64,000 nucleotides of DNA from an uncultured Fibrobacterota bacterium (GCA_964543525.1 CAZIYW010000001.1:19734-83733), one strand, 5' to 3'; shown: positions 9,059-19,481, numbered from the stretch's first letter. Program-made: numbers and translations. Notes: generated by a model not told the origin, from the letters alone.

Positions 9059-10234
9059 CTAGGCAACTCTTTCCGCATAGTCATCAAACCAGTATGCTTC
9101 GGGATTACTTTTAAATACAAACAACTTACCCAGCAACTCAGGATCGGTCGCTCTGAAATACCGGAAAAAGGTATTCCCGTTCATTTTCCCGATGATTTCA
9201 ATTTTTCCGGTCGCATGAGACATGACTAGACGGGCTCTCTTTGCCAGACCTGCGACCATTTTTCGTGCTTTTTCAAAAATAGCAATCGACTGTTCAACCG
9301 GTACTGCAAAATGGTGATTGCCTGCGGTAGGTCTTCCCTGAAAAACGTAATAGGGTGGTAGTCCTGCAAATGAGCATTTCTGAAATAATTCCGAAAGTAC
9401 TGCTGGATTATCATTCACCCCTCTCAGCAACGGAGTCTGATTTGCAACAATAACACCGGCACGTACAAGTAAATTAACACACTCAATTGCTTTACCTGTC
9501 AGCTCCTTCGGGTGATTAAAATGGGTCATTATGTATATTCGCTTCGTCGGCAGACTGTATTCTTTCAGCACTGCAATGAGTCTCGCATCGTTCAGAATGC
9601 GATACGGGTTGAATGCAGGAATCTTGGAACCGATTCTTATTATCCGCACATGATCGATCTGTCTGATTTGTTGAATGATATTACGTAACCGTTCAGTTGA
9701 AAGAATCAACGGGTCGCCTCCGGTAAGAAGAACATTGGTAATCTCCTTATGATTTCTTATATATTCCAGTCCGGGGTTTATATTGCGGGAGGCCTCATAG
9801 TTATCATCCATAAAAAGGCGTTTTCGGAAACAGAACCTGCAGAAGCCGCCACACATATCAGTAACCAGCAGCAGGGCCGTGTCGGGATATTTATGTTCCA
9901 GACCGGGTACTTTTGAATACAGATGCTCATGGGAGGCGTCAAGGCGTCCCCAGTCCTCAAGCTCTGTCTTGTCCGGTATAATGATTTTCCGAATCGGATC
10001 CTGACGGCCTGACCAATTGACAAGGGAAAGATAATAGCTGTTTGTTCGAAAAGCATAGCGACTGGTGACATAACGAAACTCAGACTCATCAAGAGCCGAA
10101 ATATGGGACAACTGATCGTACCGCGTCAGGTATTGCGGGCCCTTCCGCGGTTCAACCAGTGAAAGGTGAATATTTTTTTGTGTGTTTATTTGGTGAGATG
10201 GATACTGAATATTCATTCTGTCTGCAACAATCAT
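9059..10234 (-). CDS. KamA-family radical SAM aminomutase (lysine 2,3-aminomutase-like)
   Basis: CX3CX2C cluster CGGFCRFCFRKR in KamA-like context (VLLTGGDPL, IRIGSK). A strong SD AAAGGAGGT lies 5 nt upstream of ATG 10234. Confidence 0.8.
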   Translation of the reverse strand: MIVADRMNIQYPSHQINTQKNIHLSLVEPRKGPQYLTRYDQLSHISALDESEFRYVTSRYAFRTNSYYLSLVNWSGRQDPIRKIIIPDKTELEDWGRLDASHEHLYSKVPGLEHKYPDTALLLVTDMCGGFCRFCFRKRLFMDDNYEASRNINPGLEYIRNHKEITNVLLTGGDPLILSTERLRNIIQQIRQIDHVRIIRIGSKIPAFNPYRILNDARLIAVLKEYSLPTKRIYIMTHFNHPKELTGKAIECVNLLVRAGVIVANQTPLLRGVNDNPAVLSELFQKCSFAGLPPYYVFQGRPTAGNHHFAVPVEQSIAIFEKARKMVAGLAKRARLVMSHATGKIEIIGKMNGNTFFRYFRATDPELLGKLFVFKSNPEAYWFDDYAERVA

Positions 10235-10397
10235 TCGTACCTCCTTTACTCATTAAACGGCCGGAAACATTTTTTGTCTCCGCGGACCAATTACGGCCAT
10301 CCTCACGTATCCACACGTTTCAGGAAAAAAACGTATTACCCGATGTAACGATTGATTTGTGTCTCTCCGGAAAGCACATCCCCGGAGCATTTCTCAT

Positions 10398-11780
10398 TTA
10401 ATAGATGCCGGTATACTGACCAGCCGGAAATTCTTTCCCGGCATTTTCCTTTTCGCGTGGGACCTGCATGTCACGCGGCACCTCTTTTTTACGGTCCACG
10501 ATAGGTATAAATTCTCTTTTCTCAGGACCGGTATATATTTGACGGGGGCGAAAAATTTTCGCTTCTTCATTGTCAGAGAATTCTTTCCAATGCGCAATCC
10601 ATCCGGGAAGACGACCGATGGCAAACATAACCGTCAGCATGTTTGTCGGTATTCCCATAGCCCGGTAAAGAATACCGGTGTAAAAATCAACATTCGGATA
10701 GAGATTGCGACTTATAAAATATTCATCATGTAACGCATGATATTCAAGTTCTTTCGCAATATCCAGCAACGGATCGGAAATATTCTTTTTCTCAAAGAGA
10801 TCGTCACAGAGCTCTTTACATACCTTTGCACGAGGATCATACTTTTTATATACCGCATGGCCGAAGCCCATCAGCCTGAAACTATCCCTTTTATCCTTTG
10901 CTCTTTCGATATACTTTTTAATGTTACGGGAGTCATTTTTTATCCGTTTAAGCATCTCTATAACCGCCTGATTTGCACCACCGTGCAACGGACCCCACAG
11001 AGCGCATATCCCCGCAGATATGGCGGCATAGAGGTTGGCCCTGGCGCTGGCGATTAAACGGACAGCGGTGGTAGAACAGTTCTGGCCATGGTCTACATGC
11101 AATATGAGCAATTTATTGAGTAAGTTTACAAAAAAAGAATCTATCTCATAATCCTCAACCGTTGAGGAGAACATCATATTCAGGAAGTTGGCGCAGTATG
11201 ACAGGTCATATCGCGGGTACACAATCGGATCTCCACGCGATTTCTTATAGGAAAAAGCCGCTATTGTCCTGATCTTTGAAATGAGACGGGCCGCGGTAAT
11301 ATCAAAGGAAGGATCCCGATGTGAAATTTCCGGATAGAAACTCGATAATGATGTTACCATTGATATTAAAATAATCATCGGATGAGAATCCGCCGGAAAA
11401 CCGCTGAAGAAGTGATGCATATTCTCATGAATAAGTGAATGCTTATTCAGATACCTGCTGAATCGCTTCAGCTCCGTTTCGCTCGGAAGGGTTCCGTGTA
11501 CCAGTAAGTAAGCAACTTCAACAAAGGAGCAGTTCCTGACAAGATCTTCTATATCATATCCCCGATACCGCAACTCACCTTTCTCTCCATCAACATAAGT
11601 GATATTACTCATGCACGATGCGGTATTGGAAAAACCGTTATCGAAAGTCACGTACTTTGCTTTAGCACGAAGCTTTGTCACATCAATGCCATGAAACCCC
11701 TGGGTCCCTTTGATAATGGGTAAATTAAAGGGCTTTTTTCTTCCGGGCAGATATAATTTAGCGCATCTGTTTTGTTTCAT
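10398..11780 (-). CDS. gltA: citrate synthase
   Basis: Catalytic-region motifs LHGGANQAV and MGFGHAVYKKYDPRA; 460 aa with a ~30-aa C-terminal tail. Confidence 0.9.
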   Translation of the reverse strand: MKQNRCAKLYLPGRKKPFNLPIIKGTQGFHGIDVTKLRAKAKYVTFDNGFSNTASCMSNITYVDGEKGELRYRGYDIEDLVRNCSFVEVAYLLVHGTLPSETELKRFSRYLNKHSLIHENMHHFFSGFPADSHPMIILISMVTSLSSFYPEISHRDPSFDITAARLISKIRTIAAFSYKKSRGDPIVYPRYDLSYCANFLNMMFSSTVEDYEIDSFFVNLLNKLLILHVDHGQNCSTTAVRLIASARANLYAAISAGICALWGPLHGGANQAVIEMLKRIKNDSRNIKKYIERAKDKRDSFRLMGFGHAVYKKYDPRAKVCKELCDDLFEKKNISDPLLDIAKELEYHALHDEYFISRNLYPNVDFYTGILYRAMGIPTNMLTVMFAIGRLPGWIAHWKEFSDNEEAKIFRPRQIYTGPEKREFIPIVDRKKEVPRDMQVPREKENAGKEFPAGQYTGIY

Positions 11781-11992
11781 TATCTCCTACCGGAAAGCAT
11801 TTTAATGTGAGGTTAATAATTCCCAACAATTCGAAACATCTGAAGACCGTTTCAAATATATGTTTTTACACCATAAAACCAAAAGAATTACACACGACGA
11901 ATCACCTGTATGGGTTTACTCCTCACCTTAAGTAAAAAATGGTCTCTTTCTCTCGTATCAGCCGTTATCTATTTTAAGTTGTCGAAAAACAG

Positions 11993-12015
11993 AATCCGGA
12001 ATGATAAATCCGGAA
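11993..12015 (+). repeat. tandem 9-nt direct repeat AATCCGGAA (each contains the palindrome TCCGGA)
   Basis: Copies are at 11993-12001 and 12007-12015, ending about 20 nt upstream of the malic-enzyme ATG 12036. Confidence 0.6.
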
Positions 12016-12035
12016 CCAGAGAAGGATTAAACCTG

Positions 12036-13328
12036 ATGATAAAGAAACATGAAGCGCTTGAATATCATGCAAAAGGTCGGCGGGGGAAAATCGAAGTTGT
12101 CCCGACAAAACCGTGCACCACACAACGGGAACTCTCTCTTGCCTATACGCCCGGTGTGGCTGAACCGTGCCGTGCAATCGAACAAAATCCAGAGAAAGTT
12201 TTTGAATATACTGCCAGGGGCAACCTCGTTGCGGTTATTACCGACGGCAGTGCCGTGCTCGGCCTGGGAAATATCGGGCCGCTTGCCGGAAAACCGGTTA
12301 TGGAAGGGAAAGGAGTTCTTTTTAAACGCTTTGCCGATATTGATGTGTTTGACATTGAACTGAAAACCGAAAGTGCGGATGATTTTATTGCTACTGTCAA
12401 GCGAATGGAGCCTACATTCGGCGGTATTAATCTCGAGGATATAAAAGCGCCGGAATGTTTCTATATCGAAGAGCGCCTCAAGCGGGAGATGGATATGCCC
12501 ATTTTTCATGATGATCAGCACGGCACCGCTATTATTTCAGGTGCGGCCCTTATTAATGCGGTACTGCTTCAGCAAAAGAAGCTTGAGGATATTACGGTTG
12601 TCTTCTCCGGCGCGGGCGCGGCAGCAATCTCATGCGCACGCCACTATGTGCAGCTCGGCGTTAATCCCCAAAATATTATTCTTGTTGACAGCGCGGGTGT
12701 TGTGTATAAAGGCAGAAGAGAGAAAATGAATCGGTTCAAAGAGGAGTTCGCTGCAGAAACGACAAAACGCTCTCTGGCAGATGCATTGGAGGGTGCTGAT
12801 GTTTTTGCAGGTTTGAGTATCGGAGGACTCGTCACCGGAGATATGGTCAGGAGTATGGCCGACAAACCGATTATTTTCGCCATGGCAAACCCGGAACCTG
12901 AAATTCACTATCATGAGGCACGGGAGGCTAATCCGGAATGTATAATGGCAACCGGCCGTTCCGATTACCCCAATCAGGTGAATAACGTGCTGGGTTTTCC
13001 GTTCATCTTCCGGGGGGCACTTGATATTCATGCTACAGATATCAACGATGCTATGAAAGTCGCCGCCACACACGCACTGGCAAGCTTAGCCCGCAAAGGA
13101 GATGCGCCGAGGCTGGTTCTCGATGCATATAATCTCGATTCACTTGAATTCGGTCCCGACTACATCATTCCCAAACCGCTCGATCCGAGAGTGCTTGTAG
13201 AAGAAAGTTTAGCCGTTGCACTGGCCGGTATGGAGAGTGGCGTGGCAAGAAAACCAATCACCGACGTCAACGGGTATAGAAAACACCTTGAAGAACTGGC
13301 AGAAAAAATCCAGAAGTATGAACCATGA
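12036..13328 (+). CDS. NAD(P)-dependent malic enzyme (short form, no phosphotransacetylase-like domain)
   Basis: The track ORF starts at 11910. The ATG at 12036 (after GAAGGA) gives MIKKHEALEYHAKGRRGKIEV, typical of MaeB-type N-termini. Motifs include AVITDGSAVLGLGNIGPLAGKPVMEGK and FGGINLEDI. Confidence 0.9.
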   Translation: MIKKHEALEYHAKGRRGKIEVVPTKPCTTQRELSLAYTPGVAEPCRAIEQNPEKVFEYTARGNLVAVITDGSAVLGLGNIGPLAGKPVMEGKGVLFKRFADIDVFDIELKTESADDFIATVKRMEPTFGGINLEDIKAPECFYIEERLKREMDMPIFHDDQHGTAIISGAALINAVLLQQKKLEDITVVFSGAGAAAISCARHYVQLGVNPQNIILVDSAGVVYKGRREKMNRFKEEFAAETTKRSLADALEGADVFAGLSIGGLVTGDMVRSMADKPIIFAMANPEPEIHYHEAREANPECIMATGRSDYPNQVNNVLGFPFIFRGALDIHATDINDAMKVAATHALASLARKGDAPRLVLDAYNLDSLEFGPDYIIPKPLDPRVLVEESLAVALAGMESGVARKPITDVNGYRKHLEELAEKIQKYEP

Positions 13329-14170
13329 AGACCATTATCTTTAAAGACATTGCACGGCATACAGCAGAATTATGTATAAAGGCCAATACTGAACTCCCCG
13401 GGGATGTTTTGTCATCGCTTGAGGCATCGTTACGCAAAGAAAAAAACGAGCTTGCCCGCTCAATTCTGGCAACCTGTATTAAAAATGCAGAAATTGCAAA
13501 AGAGGAAAAAACTGCACTCTGCCAGGACACCGGGTTTGCGGTTTTTTTTGTTGAAATCGGCGATAATGTCCGAATAGCGGGCGGGACCCTTTACGAATCG
13601 ATTAATGAAGGTGTCGCAAAAGGATATGCCGACGGTTATCTGAGAAAATCTATTGTCAAAGATCCGCTGTATGACCGGATAAATACTTCGGATAACACCC
13701 CGGCCGTTATCCATATAGACCTGGTACCGGGCGATATGCTGAAAATAACGCTGGCTCCCAAGGGCGGCGGCTCAGAAAACATGAGCGCTCTTACCATGCT
13801 TAAACCATCAGACGGTGAACAGGGAGTTATTGATTTTGTAGTTAATACCGTAGTGAAAGCCGGCGCTAATCCATGTCCACCCTCCATTGTCGGTGTCGGC
13901 ATTGGAGGAACCGTTGAAAAATGCGCACTCCTGTCGAAAAAAGCGCTTCTGAGACCTGTGGAAGAACCGAATCCAGACAAACGGTACGCAAGGCTGGAAG
14001 CAAAAATACTAAAGAAAATAAACAGCTCCGGAATTGGCCCGCAGGGCCTAGGCGGTGTCACAACGGCCTTAGCTGTCCATGTCGAGACATTCCCCTGTCA
14101 TATTGCATCGCTGCCTGTGGCGGTAAATCTTAACTGTCATGCAGCAAGGCACGTGTCAGTCACCCTTTAA
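13325..14170 (+). CDS. class I (Fe-S) fumarate hydratase, alpha subunit
   Basis: 281 aa, FumA/TtdA N-terminal-type sequence (ALCQDTGFAVFFVEIG, GGGSENMS). Its start overlaps the malic-enzyme stop. Confidence 0.85.
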   Translation: MKTIIFKDIARHTAELCIKANTELPGDVLSSLEASLRKEKNELARSILATCIKNAEIAKEEKTALCQDTGFAVFFVEIGDNVRIAGGTLYESINEGVAKGYADGYLRKSIVKDPLYDRINTSDNTPAVIHIDLVPGDMLKITLAPKGGGSENMSALTMLKPSDGEQGVIDFVVNTVVKAGANPCPPSIVGVGIGGTVEKCALLSKKALLRPVEEPNPDKRYARLEAKILKKINSSGIGPQGLGGVTTALAVHVETFPCHIASLPVAVNLNCHAARHVSVTL

Positions 14171-14182
14171 AGGAAACTTCTG

Positions 14183-14725
14183 ATGAATACCATTACCCTT
14201 ACCACGCCACTTACGGAACAAAAGGCACAGTCTCTAAGTGCCGGGGTTCATGTATTGCTTTCCGGCATACTGTATACCGCACGCGATGCCGCCCATAAGC
14301 GGCTCTGCTCTTTAATCAATGAAGGGAAAGAGCTGCCGATTACTCTGCAGGATCAGGTTCTCTACTATGTGGGTCCGACGCCGGCCAGGCCGGGAAAACC
14401 GATTGGCAGTGCAGGGCCGACAACAAGCTGTCGCATGGATGCGTACTCGCCCCTGCTTATGGAAAAAGCAGGTGTGCGCGGCATGATAGGCAAAGGTGAC
14501 CGCAGCCGGCAGGTAATTGATGCCATGAAAAAATTCGGCTGTGTCTATTTTGCAGCCATAGGCGGCGCAGGAGCCTTGCTCGCGGAATGCATAACAAAAG
14601 CGGACATCGTCTGTTATGACGATTTAGGGCCGGAGGCAATTTACAAACTGGAAGTCGTGCAATTCCCGGTTATTGTTGCTATAGACACTCACGGCAATTC
14701 ATGTTTTGCGAAAAGGTATTGTTGA
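14183..14725 (+). CDS. class I fumarate hydratase, beta subunit
   Basis: 180 aa, Fe-S hydro-lyase beta type (GILYTARDAAHKRL, GPTTSCRMD, MIGKGDRS). It directly follows the alpha subunit. Confidence 0.85.
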   Translation: MNTITLTTPLTEQKAQSLSAGVHVLLSGILYTARDAAHKRLCSLINEGKELPITLQDQVLYYVGPTPARPGKPIGSAGPTTSCRMDAYSPLLMEKAGVRGMIGKGDRSRQVIDAMKKFGCVYFAAIGGAGALLAECITKADIVCYDDLGPEAIYKLEVVQFPVIVAIDTHGNSCFAKRYC

Positions 14726-14764
14726 TTTCTTAGTTCGTATGCATGACAGTAGCGCCTGATATAA

Positions 14765-16261
14765 CTATTTTACTTTGAAAAGGGTTTGTTGCCGCCCGCG
14801 ATAGCGTGTGCCCGGATCAAATATCTTTATTACGGCAAACTCTTTTTTATGCTTTCTGATATTTTCAACATTTTCCGGAAACATTTCCGGGTCCCTTTCA
14901 AATCTTTCATACCCGGCTGATATTACATAATCACATCCTAGATTCCGCACGGAATCCGGCGTCATAAAAGCAAGCCCGCAAATACCAATATATATACTCT
15001 CAAACCTCTCCTCACTATAGTAAGGCGTATATTCTTCACGAGCGATAACACTGCCGCGGGGAAGATTTTCATTTATCCATTCCTCAACAAGGCACCTGAT
15101 ATCAGGTTTCCGGTAGAGCAAAATCTGCTGAATATCCTTAACAAGAGGAACGGTAACCAGAAATAGAAGCAACAGATACCGAATCCACAGTTTTGGTATA
15201 CTGTCAAGGGCAATGCCGGCGCCAACAGCAAAAACAACACTGATCAATGCAATGTTCCGCACTGAGGTCAAACTGTACATACTGCAAAATAAAAACCATA
15301 CCAACGGCACAATGCATAACACCGCCAGCTCTTCCTTTTTCCTTCGAAAGAACACTACCATTCCGACAATCGAACAAATAAAGACTAACGGCGTTATCCC
15401 TTCAAGAAAAAGGTACTGTAAATAAAATAAAAAAGCATTATCAAAACCATGTCCCGCATAACAGGAGCTGTAATGTCTATGTTCAAACAGTATATCCCCT
15501 ATCCACTCCTGAAAGCTGAAAAGCAGCGCCGGCGTTGTAATAATAAACGTTACACCAACCAGTACAACCGACGATAAAAGGCGTATATCGATAAACTTAT
15601 TTCCGTACTTCCTGTCGACAAAATATTTTGCAATTAAAAACGATAATGGAACAGGAAACATATATTTAGCGCCTAAAGCCAATCCCGCACACAGTGCAGC
15701 AAGGTACAGATGATTATCTTTATTCATTACCAGATATTTCATTGAATAGTAAATACTTGAGAGCGCGGCAACAACCAACAGTGCATTCGGAGCGACATTG
15801 ACGGAGTACGTATACAAAATCGGCATCAGTGCCATTATTACCATGCTATAAAATCCCATCCTCCTTGAAAAGACAAGACAGCCGATCCGGTAAACCAGCC
15901 AGACCGCAGCAAGAGACAATAAGGCACTAGCGATTCTGCCCGCTGCAAAAAACATCCAATAGGGTGTTGAAGGAGAGGAGGTAACGCCAAGGAAATGAAG
16001 TGTATGATACACCACATGGGTAACACCTATAAGCGCCGCATTCAGGTAAAAACACAGTGAAGGGTAATGAAAAAAATGAGGATTCCACTGCCCTTTAAAT
16101 ATCCTGACGGCAATTGATATAATAAACGGTTCATCCGCATCAGGATACACGGGCAGTCCATGAAAAAGTCCGGGAAAACGTAAACATGCCGCAAATAAAA
16201 TAATAGTAAATAAGATTACGTTTTCTTTAAAAAAAATCCCGGTTTCTTTTATTATACTCAT
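14765..16261 (-). CDS. GT-C fold glycosyltransferase-like membrane protein (ArnT/PMT, GT39-like)
   Basis: 498 aa and polytopic. After the first TM helix there is an acidic loop motif YPDADEPFI, as in the first extracytoplasmic loop of GT-C enzymes. It has a soluble C-terminal domain. Confidence 0.65.
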   Translation of the reverse strand: MSIIKETGIFFKENVILFTIILFAACLRFPGLFHGLPVYPDADEPFIISIAVRIFKGQWNPHFFHYPSLCFYLNAALIGVTHVVYHTLHFLGVTSSPSTPYWMFFAAGRIASALLSLAAVWLVYRIGCLVFSRRMGFYSMVIMALMPILYTYSVNVAPNALLVVAALSSIYYSMKYLVMNKDNHLYLAALCAGLALGAKYMFPVPLSFLIAKYFVDRKYGNKFIDIRLLSSVVLVGVTFIITTPALLFSFQEWIGDILFEHRHYSSCYAGHGFDNAFLFYLQYLFLEGITPLVFICSIVGMVVFFRRKKEELAVLCIVPLVWFLFCSMYSLTSVRNIALISVVFAVGAGIALDSIPKLWIRYLLLLFLVTVPLVKDIQQILLYRKPDIRCLVEEWINENLPRGSVIAREEYTPYYSEERFESIYIGICGLAFMTPDSVRNLGCDYVISAGYERFERDPEMFPENVENIRKHKKEFAVIKIFDPGTRYRGRQQTLFKVK

Positions 16262-16375
16262 AGAAATAACTTACATAAAAGTAACTTAATTATCACTGCT
16301 TGCTATCACTGTTTTGACCCTTCTATATTCACTTATGCCGTTTGATTATATACTCACCGGAAATCTGATTTTTTT

Positions 16376-17908
16376 TTACTCTGAGAATAGTACCCGTCTC
16401 CAGATTTCGAGGCAATCGGTACCTTCACGAGCCAGTAATGTACCGAACTTTTTATAATCATGTTCCAGTATCTCCGGCGCGGCTATGGATTTATCTTGCG
16501 CATCAATAGTACCAATAAGCAGCGCCCACTCCGGTTTAAATTTATCTATACAACGGTAATAATATTCCGGGTTCCAGCCATACCTTCTCAACCATGGTAT
16601 TACCTCGGGGGAGAGCAATCCGACAGCATCGAGCACCCGAGGTTTGCAATAATATCCTATCACCCCGACATCGTAACATAAAATTGTCTCCGTCTCTTTC
16701 GCCTCAGTGTTTATAAGAGCCGCCACTTTTTTGTATCGTCCCTCTCGGCTTTCGATCATTCGCTTATATTTTTCCGGTAATTCCTGCAGTATGGGATTTA
16801 CGGTCCATAAGGGGATCAGGAAAAAAAGGGCACCCCATAACCACCAGGATTTCCATCTGAAATATTCGTTCAACTTTGAAATACCATAAACAGCGGAGAT
16901 TATCAGTACAGGCAACACCGGGAAATAGTACCAGGGATACGCTGAATCACTCGTACCCGTGACAAAGAAAAAGCCAATATACAAAACCGGCCATAAAAGG
17001 AGTGTCAGCGGTACTGTCGAACGACGCCCTTTAGTGTAACCCAAAACTGCAGCAGTAATAAGCAGCAGGTTTACAATAAGGATTATCCGTCTGCCGCCGA
17101 AAACCGGTCCTTTGAAAAAAAGACCGTTAATCCAGGCAATAACCGCTTCTGAAAAGCCAATATCCACAAACGATTTTTTCGCGGTAACCGAATGCGGCAA
17201 TGGAGAACCATACGATAAACAATAAAAAAGAAAGAAAAGAAGAAACCCGAGACCTGCGGCAATTGCCGGTGAAAGAATCGCCCGGATTGTTCTGTGTTTA
17301 TAAAGGCATATTATCAGTATGGAACAGGAAACAAGTATTCCTTCAGGCCGCACCAGCGGCGCAAAAAATGCGGCAGCCACGAGCCACCTGTTATTCGGGG
17401 AGGGCTGCAGCATCCCGTAAATACCGGTAAGCGCGACTGATGCATACAGCATGCTCTCCATACCTGAAGCACTGATTACAATAAATCCGAGACTGAATCC
17501 TACCGCCGACAGGATCAGCAGAATTAACGGCAAAGCAATTTTCAATGTGCGGGCGATTAGAAACAGAAGACTGAAAATGATCAAGTCGAATAAGACATTT
17601 ACAAGATAGATAATGCCTTCAAAATGCGCAGTTCCCAAAATCCGGACGATTCCGGAGAGTAGTAAAGTAAAAAGAGGCGTACTCGTAGCATTTACCGGAT
17701 TCCTTTGAGACATCACAACCTGACCGGTTTCTACGAAGGTACGGACATGGCTCATGGTTATATAGGCATCATCGAGCAGGAGCATGCCAAAGCGGAATTT
17801 GAGATAAAAAAAGCATCCGAGAAAGAGAACCACCCATACTGCCGACAAATAGAACTCCCATTTACGCGGCAATCTTTGTTTTCCGGTTTCAGATGATATA
17901 TCGTTCAC
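16376..17908 (-). CDS. GT-C-like polytopic membrane protein (putative polyprenol-phosphate-sugar-dependent glycosyltransferase)
   Basis: 510 aa with many hydrophobic helices. The acidic motif LLDDAYITMSHVR follows TM1. It has a soluble C-terminal domain of ~130 aa. Confidence 0.5.
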   Translation of the reverse strand: MNDISSETGKQRLPRKWEFYLSAVWVVLFLGCFFYLKFRFGMLLLDDAYITMSHVRTFVETGQVVMSQRNPVNATSTPLFTLLLSGIVRILGTAHFEGIIYLVNVLFDLIIFSLLFLIARTLKIALPLILLILSAVGFSLGFIVISASGMESMLYASVALTGIYGMLQPSPNNRWLVAAAFFAPLVRPEGILVSCSILIICLYKHRTIRAILSPAIAAGLGFLLFFLFYCLSYGSPLPHSVTAKKSFVDIGFSEAVIAWINGLFFKGPVFGGRRIILIVNLLLITAAVLGYTKGRRSTVPLTLLLWPVLYIGFFFVTGTSDSAYPWYYFPVLPVLIISAVYGISKLNEYFRWKSWWLWGALFFLIPLWTVNPILQELPEKYKRMIESREGRYKKVAALINTEAKETETILCYDVGVIGYYCKPRVLDAVGLLSPEVIPWLRRYGWNPEYYYRCIDKFKPEWALLIGTIDAQDKSIAAPEILEHDYKKFGTLLAREGTDCLEIWRRVLFSE

Positions 17909-17973
17909 CCTTGTGTGACTCCCTTTTCATCTTTCTGCAGTATTTTGTTGTCAATCATATATTGTTCCACCAG

Positions 17974-18504
17974 TTATGCACTCACGCCATGGCCGTATTC
18001 GGTAAGATGCCAGATATCATACCTGCCCGGCTTATCCAGGATAAAAACATCCTCTTCCGGATACTTTTTTAACAAAGGAAGCAGATCCGGACAGGATATA
18101 GTATGTTCCCTGCAAAACCGTACCAGACTCTTCTGTGGGATAAACGGGTATCCATCGTCAAGCTGGTAGGCCAGGGGGAAAAGAACAACAATCAGAGTTG
18201 CCTGTTCCTTTGTTACCGCGTCGTTCAGCGTCATATAAATTGACGTCAACCACTGCCACTCCGGAGTGGACTCGTCGCCGAGCACATGAATACTGAGTGT
18301 ATCTTCAACGGGATTCAAACCATACAGTATCGGTGAATCCAGTGAAATATGCATGGGAATGGTGGGTGGTTTTACCGGCTCGGAAACCCGTTTCAGTGCA
18401 GCTTTACCCCGCAGGATGATTTCCCAAAAAACAAGGCGGAGAAAAGTTGACAGAAACAGCAGACCGATATTTACAATTGGCTTTTTCATTTTTATATACT
18501 GCAT
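17974..18504 (-). CDS. membrane-anchored hypothetical protein, possibly SGNH/GDSL-hydrolase-like
   Basis: 176 aa with an N-terminal TM. Weak SGNH-like blocks are present: VLGDES, TLND and a C-terminal DIWHLTEYGH (DxxH). Block I deviates from GDS(L). Confidence 0.3.
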   Translation of the reverse strand: MQYIKMKKPIVNIGLLFLSTFLRLVFWEIILRGKAALKRVSEPVKPPTIPMHISLDSPILYGLNPVEDTLSIHVLGDESTPEWQWLTSIYMTLNDAVTKEQATLIVVLFPLAYQLDDGYPFIPQKSLVRFCREHTISCPDLLPLLKKYPEEDVFILDKPGRYDIWHLTEYGHGVSA

Positions 18505-18756
18505 TTACTTTACCGCCGGAATATTGTAATCAACCAGGAATTTATTGATTGACACCAATTACTCTAATTATACATATCACAGGGATAAGTGAAAAGAGAT
18601 ATATAGGATATTGGACAGGTTGTAAAAGAAACGTACGGACTGGACAGAACAAGTTGGTACAGCGTTCGGGTTATTAAACAGACGACTCTCTCAGTTAAAA
18701 TGATATCAGCGAAAAGAATATATAAAAGAATATATATACAAATGATAACCTGATAC

Positions 18757-19461
18757 TTACCCGAGCCTGAGACCGTACCGTATAATACAAAAAAGCGCGT
18801 TGAGTCCGTCTTTAATCGGCCGTATTTTCTTACCCTCATCAAAATCCCTTCCATGGTAAGAGATGCCGACTTCATACATTCGCGCTTTCAGACGTGCAAG
18901 TTTCTGGGTAACCTCTGCCTCAAAACCGAAACGATTCTCACGCAGACGGATTTTTTTAATAGTTTCAGTCCTGAAAACTTTATAGCATGTTTCCATATCA
19001 GACAGATTATAATTTGAAAAAAGATTCGATACAAATGTAAGAAATTTGTTTCCGAGATAATGGCGAAACAGGTGAATACGACGATACTCACTCGTTACAA
19101 AACGGGAACCATAAACAACATCGGCGTTTCCCATGAGAATCGGCTTCAACAACTTGCCGTATTCATCGGGATCATACTCCAGGTCCGCATCCTGAATAAG
19201 TACAATGTCACCCGTTACCTTTTCAAGTGCAGTACGGATTGCAGCGCCCTTGCCTCTGTTCTTTTTATGAGACAGGTAAAGGAGATCCGGATACCTCTTT
19301 TTCTGTTCTTCTGTGATACCGCCGTCAGTAGATCCGTCATCGACAATTATAATCTCACGTTCAAGGTTTTCGGGCAGTTGAGCGGCTTTAACGCGACGCA
19401 GCAATTCAAGAACAGTTTTACTTTCATTGTAAAGCGGAATAATTACAGTTAATTTCATCAT
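18757..19461 (-). CDS. glycosyltransferase family 2, polyprenol-phosphate glycosyltransferase type (DPM1/GtrB/ArnC-like)
   Basis: The track start 19485 is a GTG. ATG-ATG at 19461/19458 follows GGAAAGG. Motifs include IIPLYNE, IIVDDGSTDG and QDADLEYDP. Confidence 0.85.
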   Translation of the reverse strand: MMKLTVIIPLYNESKTVLELLRRVKAAQLPENLEREIIIVDDGSTDGGITEEQKKRYPDLLYLSHKKNRGKGAAIRTALEKVTGDIVLIQDADLEYDPDEYGKLLKPILMGNADVVYGSRFVTSEYRRIHLFRHYLGNKFLTFVSNLFSNYNLSDMETCYKVFRTETIKKIRLRENRFGFEAEVTQKLARLKARMYEVGISYHGRDFDEGKKIRPIKDGLNALFCIIRYGLRLG

Positions 19462-19481
19462 TACCTTTCCAACGGATACTT

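Noticed and set aside
10398-10490. ~30-aa C-terminal tail on citrate synthase (KKEVPRDMQVPREKENAGKEFPAGQYTGIY)
   Set aside because: It could be a real extension or a lineage-specific tail. There is no frameshift signature and nothing further can be said from sequence alone.
12027-12521. 164-aa minus-strand ORF
   Set aside because: It is antisense to the strongly supported malic-enzyme gene and has no motifs.
18564-18875. 103-aa minus-strand ORF bridging the GT2 3' end and the 252-bp gap
   Set aside because: All its possible start codons lie inside the GT2 gene in another frame. The part within the gap is A+T-rich, low-complexity translation.
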